Part shown: positions 40,007-48,075 of the stretch, in pieces | Position numbering within the stretch: position 1 is the first letter of the stretch | Layout of the letters: every line of letters begins with the position of its first letter | Virus record (IMG/VR): IMGVR_UViG_3300010167_001484 | Span: 32,001-96,000 of that record | Reading direction: 5' to 3' (one strand) | Source: a virus | Taxonomy: Duplodnaviria > Caudoviricetes | Length of the DNA stretch: 64,000 nucleotides | The notes under the pieces: generated by a model | What the model was told of the DNA's origin: nothing | Seen by the model: the letters and a program-made list of their open reading frames with translations, nothing else | Database searches by the model: none | Program-made: the position numbers and the translations under genes

Positions 40007-40157
40007 AATTAAACAATACTTTAACATTAGATGCAATAATTCTACTGATTTTATTGTAGAATATTCTTGTAACGGTTGTTTATATAATAGTAAGGATTGT
40101 ATTTATTATCTAGCTTGTGGTCCTGATAGAGAATTATACATACCTGATGAACTTTAA
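39984..40157 (+). CDS. 57-aa Cys-rich ORF not in track
   Basis: MIKNLVIRIKQYFNIRC...CNGCLYNSKDCIYYLACGPDRELYIPDEL; fills gap before nrdJ. Confidence 0.45.
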   Translation: MIKNLVIRIKQYFNIRCNNSTDFIVEYSCNGCLYNSKDCIYYLACGPDRELYIPDEL

Positions 40158-40165
40158 GGAGATTC

Positions 40166-42781
40166 ATGATGGGTCAAAAACAAAGTGTTCTTGAAAAAAG
40201 GTATTTTAGAGGGGATGAGAAATCTGAAGTTCATATGTTTCATCGAGTAGCTAAGTTTCTTGCTAAAAATGAAAAAGAACGACAACAATTTTTAGAGGTG
40301 ATGGTAAATCATCAATTCTTGCCGAATACTCCTTGTTTAGTTAATGCAGGTGTACCTGAAACAGTAGCAAATTTAATGGCATGTTTTGTTTTAGGTATTG
40401 AAGATTCTATGGAAGGTATATTCAATACATTAAGAGATACTGCACTTATACATAAGACAGGTGGAGGTACAGGATTCAATTTTAGTAGTCTTAGGCCTAT
40501 GAATCATAGAGTATTATCTACAAATGGTGTAGCCTCTGGGCCTATATCTTTTATGCGTGCTTATGATGCAGCTACAGAAACTGTAAAGCAGGGAGGAGTG
40601 CGTCGAGGTGCAAATATGTCTTGTTTTTCAATACATCATCCAGATGTTATGGATTTCATAACATGTAAAGATGATTTAAATTCTTTTAATAATTTCAATA
40701 TATCTGTATTACTTGATGATGAATTCATGGAAGCAGTAAAAGCTGATAAAGATTGGGAATTTTCATTCAATGGTGAAAAATTAGGTATAGGTACAAGTGC
40801 TAGACATCTTATGGATATGATAGTAGAGCAAGCTTGGAAGAATGGTGAACCAGGAATTATCTTCATAGATGAAGTAAATAAAAATCACTCTTTACCTGAT
40901 TTGATTGAAAGTACAAATCCTTGTGTTACAGGTGATACACTTATTGAAACACGAGATGGTTTTAAATATATAATAGATTGTGTTGATAAAGTGGTTGAAA
41001 TCTGGAATGGTTATATATGGTCTAAAGTTGTACCTAGAATGACTCAAGAAAATCAAGAGATCTGGAAGATTGAATTTAGTAATGGTTGTGTATTAAAGTG
41101 TACACCTTATCATAAATTTATATTATCTGGAGGTGTTAGAGTTCAAGCTAGAGAATTAGAGATTGGGCGTATGCTGGAAACATGGTATTCTACTACAGGT
41201 GTTATTCATAAAGGTGAAACTGTTACACGTATAATATCTAATTATAGTTACGAGGATGTGTATTGTTTTAATGAATCTCATAATCATAGTGCTGTGTTCA
41301 ATGGGGTACTAACTTCTAATTGTGGCGAACAACCCTTGTTATCTTATGAAGCATGCTGTTTAGGTTCTATAAATCTTTCAAAATTTGTTTTTACGAATAG
41401 TAGATTTGATTTTAAAGGTTTTGAACGAGTTATAGGTATAGCTGTGAAATTTCTTAATAATGTAATTGATAAAAATGAGTATCCTATTGAGCAAATTAAA
41501 GAAATAAGTGAACAGAATAGAAAAATAGGGTTAGGTGTGATGGGTTATGCTGATATGCTTATCAAGATGGGACTCCGATATGGTAGTGAAGCAGCGTTAG
41601 ATTTAACAGAAGATATTGCAAAGGTGTTTCAATTATATGCTCATAAATCATCTAAAGAATTAGCTGATATAGATGGTTGTTTTCCATCTTGGAGTACTTC
41701 TTCTTATGCTATCACTGATGGTAAACTTAAACAACCAATGCATCAACGTAATGCTACTGTTACAACTATAGCACCTACAGGTACAATATCTATAATTGCT
41801 GAATGTTCTTCCGGTATAGAGCCTATATATGCACCAATTACTATAAATCGTAGAATTGATTCCGAATTTGTTGAGATTCATCCATTATTTGAAGAGATGT
41901 TGAAAGAGCGGAATCTGTATGATAAATTTATTCAACAATACGATAAATCTCAACAAGCGATAAAACCGGGAGATTTTATTTTTCAGCCTCCTAAATTGAA
42001 ATTCTTCTTACCTGATATTGCTGATTGTATAGTAACAACACATGAAATAACTCCTGAAGAACATATAAAAACACAAGCCGTGTGGCAGAAATATACAGAT
42101 AATGCAGTATCTAAAACAATCAATTTATCTGAAAGTGCTACTAAAGAGGATGTATATAATGCATATATGCTTGCTTATGAATTAAAGTGTAAAGGACTCA
42201 CCGTGTATAGAGATGGTTCTAGAATGTCACAAGTTATTTCTACTATTAATACCGTTATTGAAAATAAGGAATTGGAACGAGGTTATGTATTACCTTCAGA
42301 TGATAGTTGGTTCGGTAGAAAACGTAAACTTAAGACAGGTTGCGGTAATCTTCATGTTCAAACATGGTTTGATCCGGATACTGGAGAATTACGAGAAGTA
42401 TTCGCCAGCAAAGGCTCCGAGGGTGGCTGCAATGCTAACTTATCTGGATTATCTCGTGTAGCTTCATTATCTGCAAGATTAGGTGGTAATATGTCTGATA
42501 TAGTTGAACAATTAGAATCTGCACTTGAATGTGCTTCATATCAAGTAAGACGTTCTGAAAGAAAGGATGTTTCACCAGGTAAATCATGTCCTTCAGCTAT
42601 AGGTAAAGCTATTATTGATATGTATAATGAAGCTCAAATTCTATTAGGTTTTAGTAAAGGTGTCAAAGAGTCCTATATTAAAAATTCTAAACATGAGGGT
42701 TGTCGTCAATGTGGAGGAAAACTTAAATATGAATCAGGTTGTTCAATCTGCATACAATGTGGATTTTCTTCTTGTGGTTAA
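40166..42781 (+). CDS. nrdJ: Class II (adenosylcobalamin-dependent) ribonucleotide reductase with intein and TSCPD domain
   Basis: PNTP.L.NAG, ACFV, GGGTG, GG.RRGA, TNP[intein]CGEQPL, TIAPTGT, KSCPSA, C-terminal zinc ribbon. Confidence 0.9.
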   Translation: MMGQKQSVLEKRYFRGDEKSEVHMFHRVAKFLAKNEKERQQFLEVMVNHQFLPNTPCLVNAGVPETVANLMACFVLGIEDSMEGIFNTLRDTALIHKTGGGTGFNFSSLRPMNHRVLSTNGVASGPISFMRAYDAATETVKQGGVRRGANMSCFSIHHPDVMDFITCKDDLNSFNNFNISVLLDDEFMEAVKADKDWEFSFNGEKLGIGTSARHLMDMIVEQAWKNGEPGIIFIDEVNKNHSLPDLIESTNPCVTGDTLIETRDGFKYIIDCVDKVVEIWNGYIWSKVVPRMTQENQEIWKIEFSNGCVLKCTPYHKFILSGGVRVQARELEIGRMLETWYSTTGVIHKGETVTRIISNYSYEDVYCFNESHNHSAVFNGVLTSNCGEQPLLSYEACCLGSINLSKFVFTNSRFDFKGFERVIGIAVKFLNNVIDKNEYPIEQIKEISEQNRKIGLGVMGYADMLIKMGLRYGSEAALDLTEDIAKVFQLYAHKSSKELADIDGCFPSWSTSSYAITDGKLKQPMHQRNATVTTIAPTGTISIIAECSSGIEPIYAPITINRRIDSEFVEIHPLFEEMLKERNLYDKFIQQYDKSQQAIKPGDFIFQPPKLKFFLPDIADCIVTTHEITPEEHIKTQAVWQKYTDNAVSKTINLSESATKEDVYNAYMLAYELKCKGLTVYRDGSRMSQVISTINTVIENKELERGYVLPSDDSWFGRKRKLKTGCGNLHVQTWFDPDTGELREVFASKGSEGGCNANLSGLSRVASLSARLGGNMSDIVEQLESALECASYQVRRSERKDVSPGKSCPSAIGKAIIDMYNEAQILLGFSKGVKESYIKNSKHEGCRQCGGKLKYESGCSICIQCGFSSCG
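40922..41320 (+). mobile_element. Mini-intein (133 aa) in RNR
   Basis: CVTGDT..CTPYHKF..DVYC..NGVLTSN|C; no endonuclease domain. Confidence 0.9.
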
Positions 42782-42793
42782 GAGGTTAGTATA

Positions 42794-43084
42794 ATGCTAA
42801 ATGGTTGTGGATTTTATGGATGTCATGTATTGAATCGGGGCGATTGTGAATGCACTAAATGTAGTATGACTACAGGATGGTGTCAAGATTGTAATGAATT
42901 TCCAGCTCGTGTTAGAAATGATATATTCTTAGGTCAAGCTATGCAAGAAAAATGTGTAATGTGTAGAGATATTCAAGGTCGCAAGCAGGGATATGTTCAG
43001 TTCACTGAATTTGAAGTTTTAAGAGTTGTTTGTGAGGATTGTAAACCTAAAATTAGAGATATGAAGATTATTGATTTAATCTAA
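42794..43084 (+). CDS. Cys-rich hypothetical protein
   Basis: Multiple CxxC. Confidence 0.6.
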   Translation: MLNGCGFYGCHVLNRGDCECTKCSMTTGWCQDCNEFPARVRNDIFLGQAMQEKCVMCRDIQGRKQGYVQFTEFEVLRVVCEDCKPKIRDMKIIDLI

Positions 43085-43161
43085 ATTTTAAATGTGTGTA
43101 TGAAATTGCTGTGATAGACTTAGAGCATTTCAAAAAATATATAAAATAAGGAGAAATAACC

Positions 43162-43842
43162 ATGAGCGACTTGTTGAGGACACCAAGTAAAAAATCCATC
43201 ATTTCAGACGAGAAACCATTTTCACGTATATTTGTAGTGCTTGCTATGTTGTTTGCTATGTGTATTATCACATCAAATATATTAGCGGCGAAACTTATCC
43301 AAGTAGGTCCTTGGGTCATGCCGTCTGGGGTTCTTATCTTTCCAATTGTATACATATTAGGTGATACTCTTACCGAAGTGTATGGATACGCAAAGATGAA
43401 AATCATTATATGGACAGGTTTTGCTGTTAATGCCGTAGCTGTCGGATTTTTTCAATTAGCTATTGCTATACCTTCACCTATATGGTTTGAGGATAGTGAG
43501 GCTTTCAGTATTATATTAGGGGCAACACCGCGTATACTTGTTGCGAGTTTAGTAGCCTATTTAGTTGGTTCTTTTGCAAATGCTAAATGTATGAAGTATA
43601 TGCGTACAATGTGGAAGAAACAGTTATTCGCTCGCTGTTCAATATCTACTGTGATAGGTCAGTTCTTGGATAGTGCTATATTCATCACAGTTGCTTTTGC
43701 TTTCAGTATGGAGTGGAGTCAGGTAGGTATAATGATAATAACACAATCTGTATTCAAGATACTTTATGAAATTGTTATATATCCATTGACCCGACTTAGT
43801 ATTGTAAAATTTAGATCTTGGGATGATACGGCACAAGATTAA
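43162..43842 (+). CDS. yhhQ: Queuosine precursor (preQ0/preQ1) transporter, YhhQ/VUT family
   Basis: SNILAAK, G.LIFP..YILGD.LTEVYG, TPRI..ASL.AYL.G, R...ST..GQ..DS.IF. Confidence 0.9.
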   Translation: MSDLLRTPSKKSIISDEKPFSRIFVVLAMLFAMCIITSNILAAKLIQVGPWVMPSGVLIFPIVYILGDTLTEVYGYAKMKIIIWTGFAVNAVAVGFFQLAIAIPSPIWFEDSEAFSIILGATPRILVASLVAYLVGSFANAKCMKYMRTMWKKQLFARCSISTVIGQFLDSAIFITVAFAFSMEWSQVGIMIITQSVFKILYEIVIYPLTRLSIVKFRSWDDTAQD

Positions 43843-43850
43843 GTGAATTG

Positions 43851-43883
43851 AGTCGACTGTGCTAGTCTATCAGCCAGTCGACT
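43851..43883 (+). terminator. Hairpin after yhhQ
   Basis: agtcgactg..gct...agc.cagtcgact; no strong U tract. Confidence 0.5.
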
Positions 43884-43902
43884 ACTTCAAGGAGATTCTA
43901 TT

Positions 43903-44208
43903 ATGCGAAATAAATTTAATCAAGAATATATATTGAGTTTATGTAAAGATGTTGATTGTGGGATGCTTACACCTCCCATGGATGCACAAGTAGCATTAGA
44001 AGAGTTGAAGCGATATTTTCTTGGTGATGATTGGTATTTTGTTGGACCTGGAGATGCGGAACAAGGTAATATGGAAATTGTATGTGCAATTCAGCAGAAA
44101 TATAGAGGAATTAGAATTAAAAAATGTTGTAAAGAATCTAAAAAACTTGCAAGAAAAGATGTTAATATGATTTTTTGTTTGAAATGCGGAAATAAGGTGG
44201 TATTATAG
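43903..44208 (+). CDS. Hypothetical protein
   Basis: RBS aaggag. Confidence 0.6.
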   Translation: MRNKFNQEYILSLCKDVDCGMLTPPMDAQVALEELKRYFLGDDWYFVGPGDAEQGNMEIVCAIQQKYRGIRIKKCCKESKKLARKDVNMIFCLKCGNKVVL

Positions 44209-44474
44209 TGAGATTTCTAATAGCAACTGAAACTGGTAGAGATGTGAAAGTTATTAAGTATGAACGTCATTTTATTGTAGATGGTCATGATAGTGATGAA
44301 GCATTAGATAAATATAATAATCTTCACAATGATATTTCCGGAACGGTTATAGCAAAAATAGATCCTTACACTCGTATAAATGTACGTAGTGGTCCTATTG
44401 ATGAAAAGAAGATGCTACATCTGTATAATAATGATGTGCTTCTACCAGTTGCAGATAAGGCAGATTTCTCATAG
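44208..44474 (+). CDS. Hypothetical protein
   Basis: RBS aaggtgg. Confidence 0.55.
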   Translation: MRFLIATETGRDVKVIKYERHFIVDGHDSDEALDKYNNLHNDISGTVIAKIDPYTRINVRSGPIDEKKMLHLYNNDVLLPVADKADFS

Positions 44475-44476
44475 AT

Positions 44477-44507
44477 TTCGTATAAATTTATATATAATTT
44501 ATACGAA
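44477..44507. repeat. Perfect 12-bp inverted repeat related to the dispersed palindrome
   Basis: TTCGTATAAATT-N7-AATTTATACGAA. Confidence 0.8.
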
Positions 44508-44567
44508 TTATTTAAAAAATAATTAAAATTCCTATTTATTTCTTATTTTGGTTATATTATAATCATA

Positions 44568-45389
44568 ATGAGGTGTCAATTCGCCACCTTGCAATTTACA
44601 AATCTTAGTAGAGATTGTGGGGTGAAGTTTATCTTGCCGGATGACGTGGAAATCATAAAGAAGAAAACTCTAGAACTTTACTCACAATTACCTCTTGATT
44701 GTGAAGAAGGTCGTAGATCTAGAATAGATATAAGAGACGAATTATACTCAATGCACACACGGTTCTTACATAAAATGGCTCAGAATACTTATTTAGATAA
44801 TAGAAAATATACATATGATGATATATTTCAAGAAACTTGTTTACAATTCTTAGAGATATGGTGGTGGTTTCAATATCCACCAAGATATAAATCAAATGCA
44901 TCTTTTACATCTTATTTCTTTTTAAGAATAATTGAGCGAACTGTTAGAGCATTAAATGAACTTTCTTATTCAATGTGTCGTTCAACTTATATGAAATGTG
45001 CAGATTTACTCGGATTAGATCATTGGAATCAATTGAAGTTAGAAATGTTATCTAAAATTGAGGGTCATCATGAATTAGTACAACTCTGTATGAGATTGAT
45101 GAATAGTAGATATAAAACATCAATTGATGAGCATTGGGATATAGGTAAAAGTGATAAAATCTCTTCTAGTGATCGATTATTATCTTATTTAAATAATCCT
45201 TCTGACGAGAAACGATTATTGATATCGGAAATGATAAGTAGAGAATCCGATTTATCACCTAGAGAATTAACTGAAATCAGTGAATTATATTCAATACCTA
45301 TTGTAGAGCTTATACCTCATATAGAATTAGCAAGGGTTGAATTGTATCATATTCTAAAAGATGTAGATAATATCAATTACTTGAATTAA
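44568..45389 (+). CDS. Phage sigma70-family factor
   Basis: RDELYSMHTRFLHKMA...YDDIFQE.CLQF.......NASFTSYFFLRI fits region 2; ELTEISELYSIP HTH fits region 4. Confidence 0.7.
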   Translation: MRCQFATLQFTNLSRDCGVKFILPDDVEIIKKKTLELYSQLPLDCEEGRRSRIDIRDELYSMHTRFLHKMAQNTYLDNRKYTYDDIFQETCLQFLEIWWWFQYPPRYKSNASFTSYFFLRIIERTVRALNELSYSMCRSTYMKCADLLGLDHWNQLKLEMLSKIEGHHELVQLCMRLMNSRYKTSIDEHWDIGKSDKISSSDRLLSYLNNPSDEKRLLISEMISRESDLSPRELTEISELYSIPIVELIPHIELARVELYHILKDVDNINYLN

Positions 45390-45391
45390 TT

Positions 45392-45462
45392 CAAAAAAAA
45401 TCAAAAAAAAATTAAAAATTTTTAAAAAAGGTATTGACTTTTGGAGAAAAATAATATATAAT
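45392..45462 (+). promoter_or_regulatory. Strong host sigmaA promoter with UP element
   Basis: TTGACT(45434)-17-TATAAT(45457) preceded by A tracts. Confidence 0.85.
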
Positions 45463-45562
45463 ATAGATGTAGTATATCATATAGAATATTAGGTTGACAA
45501 AAGTCATCCACCCAATTATCAATGTAATATCAAAATATTATCAAAGAAAGAGGTATAAGGAT

Positions 45563-46309
45563 ATGTCAAAGATTAATCAAGAATTTGCTATCAATCAATT
45601 CGCAAGAACACGGAGAGATTTTTCAGAGTACACAGGTATAAGTAGTCCAATATCCTATGAAGAATGGTCGCAACAATCAGAGGATATGAAGGCTGCTCTT
45701 TTGTTTGTCAATTTCTACGAACAGATAACCTTTGCCTGGTATAAATCAAGCACAGAGTATGTTTATGAAGAAGATGGTGTTGATGAAGCTATAAACATCT
45801 GTTGTAAACTTTGTGGAACATCACTTAAGAGATTACAGAAGGATACTAAATCAGAATCGTCAATGACACCTGATACATTTCAACCTCGATACATGTATAG
45901 AGTCATGAAGAATGCTTTTGATTGTCTAGTATATACAAAGAATGGTACTAAGACAGAGTATCATCCAGATGATAAGAAGAATCCAGAAAATAATAGAAGA
46001 GTCCAAAGTCAGTATTTTGTAGATTCTTCTGGTGTTGAACAAGATATGCTTGCCACAATCAATGGAAGTAAGGATCTATTAGAAACTATCGAGAATGAGA
46101 GACTTTGGTCAGTGATGCAGTCAGAAGATGATAACGAAGATGTTCAATATATTATCGATAGATTGATGAGATATGATGAACGTATGCAAGAAGCTAAAAA
46201 TCTCGAAACACTTGAAAAAGTTAGAGTAAGTAAAGCTAAATTCATTGAAAGGAATTTTGACATTATATCTGATCTAAGAGAAAAATTAAAGGATTTTGCT
46301 CCTGCATAA
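45563..46309 (+). CDS. Divergent ECF-like sigma factor (putative)
   Basis: AALLFVNFYEQI......EEDGVDEA...F..RYMYRVMKNAFD resembles ECF region 2. Confidence 0.5.
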   Translation: MSKINQEFAINQFARTRRDFSEYTGISSPISYEEWSQQSEDMKAALLFVNFYEQITFAWYKSSTEYVYEEDGVDEAINICCKLCGTSLKRLQKDTKSESSMTPDTFQPRYMYRVMKNAFDCLVYTKNGTKTEYHPDDKKNPENNRRVQSQYFVDSSGVEQDMLATINGSKDLLETIENERLWSVMQSEDDNEDVQYIIDRLMRYDERMQEAKNLETLEKVRVSKAKFIERNFDIISDLREKLKDFAPA

Positions 46310-46320
46310 AATTTCAAATA

Positions 46321-46378
46321 TTTCGTTATAGTAGATACGGAACAATCATATCCAATATCAAAGAATCCAAAAGGAGAA
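46321..46378 (+). promoter_or_regulatory. Phage promoter TTTCGTTATAG plus leader variant AATCCAAAAGGAGA
   Basis: Repeated motif. Confidence 0.7.
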
Positions 46379-46385
46379 ATTAAAA

Positions 46386-46757
46386 ATGACACTCAAATTT
46401 TTTATTTCAAGGACTTATATAGATAAATTAGCTTCGTTAATAGATAGATTAAAGCATCTTAAGGAATTAGATGTACCAGATATAATATTAGATGAAGCTC
46501 AGAAAGGTATAGACATCTACTCTACTGCATTAGGTAATAATACAATCAGCTCAGTCATGGGAGGTAGAGTAAAATATAGTTCTTATATTGATTTAGAGAT
46601 ATTGTATAAAGCTTCTGTAACTTATTGGACCGGTAAATATATGCATAATAAGTTTGCTGGAGTAGGTGTTATTCTTTCAGATGGAACTAAACTCTGGTAT
46701 ATTCCTTCACTTGATATACTTACTAAACCCCAAGTATCTAAAAGAAATGTATCTTAA
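46386..46757 (+). CDS. Hypothetical protein
   Basis: RBS aaggag. Confidence 0.6.
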   Translation: MTLKFFISRTYIDKLASLIDRLKHLKELDVPDIILDEAQKGIDIYSTALGNNTISSVMGGRVKYSSYIDLEILYKASVTYWTGKYMHNKFAGVGVILSDGTKLWYIPSLDILTKPQVSKRNVS

Positions 46758-46793
46758 TAAATATATCAAAAAATCCAAAAGGAGATTAAGAAG

Positions 46794-47051
46794 ATGAAAA
46801 CATTAAACAACATGCCGAAAACTTATAATCGTAAAACATGGGACACAGAGATCGAAGGACTCCGCTGGTATGTAGAATGGAAAGAGAATGATATTGAGGT
46901 AACCACTATAGGTAGGCACAGAAAATTGGAAGGTATGGTAAGGTTGAATTATTTTACCACACAGAAAGCGGCTTATGAATTCATTGATCAACTTAGAGGT
47001 GAATCCGTTTATGCTTGGTATAAAGAACCTGGTTGGGAAGAAGAGATTTAG
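46794..47051 (+). CDS. Hypothetical protein
   Basis: Leader tcaaaaaatccaaaaggaga. Confidence 0.6.
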   Translation: MKTLNNMPKTYNRKTWDTEIEGLRWYVEWKENDIEVTTIGRHRKLEGMVRLNYFTTQKAAYEFIDQLRGESVYAWYKEPGWEEEI

Positions 47052-47053
47052 AT

Positions 47054-47290
47054 ATGATTCTTATTGATGGTGTGGGGCATATAGTATCTGATAGGTCTAT
47101 AGAAGAATTACATAGCTTTGCATCATCAATGGGCTTGAAACGAGAATGGTATCAAGATAAGCGAATTCCACATTATGATGCAACAACAAATGTGATGAAA
47201 CGGAAAGCTCATATTCTAGGTGCTCAATTTGTGTCGTCTAGAGGTATTGTACGTAGGGCTGTAAGAAATTCATTAAATATTTCATTATAG
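47054..47290 (+). CDS. DUF4031 family protein, paralogue of 21445
   Basis: ELHSFA..MGLKREWYQDKRIPHYD. Confidence 0.75.
   Translation: MILIDGVGHIVSDRSIEELHSFASSMGLKREWYQDKRIPHYDATTNVMKRKAHILGAQFVSSRGIVRRAVRNSLNISL
47280..47290 (+). promoter_or_regulatory. Promoter variant TTTCATTATAG overlapping stop codon
   Basis: Same variant ends the 21445 paralogue (21653). Confidence 0.55.
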
Positions 47291-47330
47291 TATATAAGGA
47301 AGTAAAAAATCTAACTAGGAGGACAATATA

Positions 47331-48059
47331 ATGGCTTTTAAGAAATCTGAGGAATATAGAAAAGATAAATATGGTGCTATGCTAGTACTACCTAATGATC
47401 AAGATTTTGTTGATCTGATTTTGTTATATCAATCTCAAAGTGATGTACTTCTTGCAGATGTACATTATATCAAATCAGATGAATATTCTGGTTATGTTCA
47501 TTGTTTAGGTCAAGGTTGTCCTGCATGTAACCATATCACACCTGGAGGTCAGAAAGGTATTAGGATTCAACCTAAATTATTTATTCCTATCTATAGTATA
47601 GAATCGAAAGAGATAATGTTCTTTGATAGATCAGTGAAATTTGAGAATCAACTTCAGAACGAAGTATTCACTAAATTCCCTAATCCTTCTGAATATGTTT
47701 TTAGACTTACACGACACGGTGCACCAGGTAGTATGGAAACTTATTATACTTTTGTTGCTGTAGGTAACAATGTTGTTAAATCTTATGAAAAAATCTTCGA
47801 AGAGTTTGAAATCAAATTAGACGAAAATGACACACCTGATTTTTACGAATACATATGTAGAGAAGTTGATGCAATTACAATGCAGCGGTGGTTATCTAAT
47901 TCTAATTCAAGTTCAGGTACAAGTTCTACCAGTGCAATGGTAGATTATGCAGTAACACCTAGGGTGTCATCTGTTGATACATCTACACCCATAGTACCTC
48001 CTCCTGATTTTGTTAGTGATTTGGAGGGAGATGAAATAGGTGATACTCCTGAATTTTAG
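47331..48059 (+). CDS. Putative single-stranded DNA-binding protein (gp32-like)
   Basis: H...VHC...CPAC zinc site, RLTRHG..G...T.Y, acidic tail ending F; directly upstream of polymerase. Confidence 0.65.
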   Translation: MAFKKSEEYRKDKYGAMLVLPNDQDFVDLILLYQSQSDVLLADVHYIKSDEYSGYVHCLGQGCPACNHITPGGQKGIRIQPKLFIPIYSIESKEIMFFDRSVKFENQLQNEVFTKFPNPSEYVFRLTRHGAPGSMETYYTFVAVGNNVVKSYEKIFEEFEIKLDENDTPDFYEYICREVDAITMQRWLSNSNSSSGTSSTSAMVDYAVTPRVSSVDTSTPIVPPPDFVSDLEGDEIGDTPEF

Positions 48060-48075
48060 CAGGAGGTAGTAAAAT

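Noticed and set aside
43085-43161. preQ1 riboswitch upstream of yhhQ
   Set aside because: A weak hairpin and A-rich tail exist, but the preQ1-I loop consensus is not recognisable; needs an Infernal search
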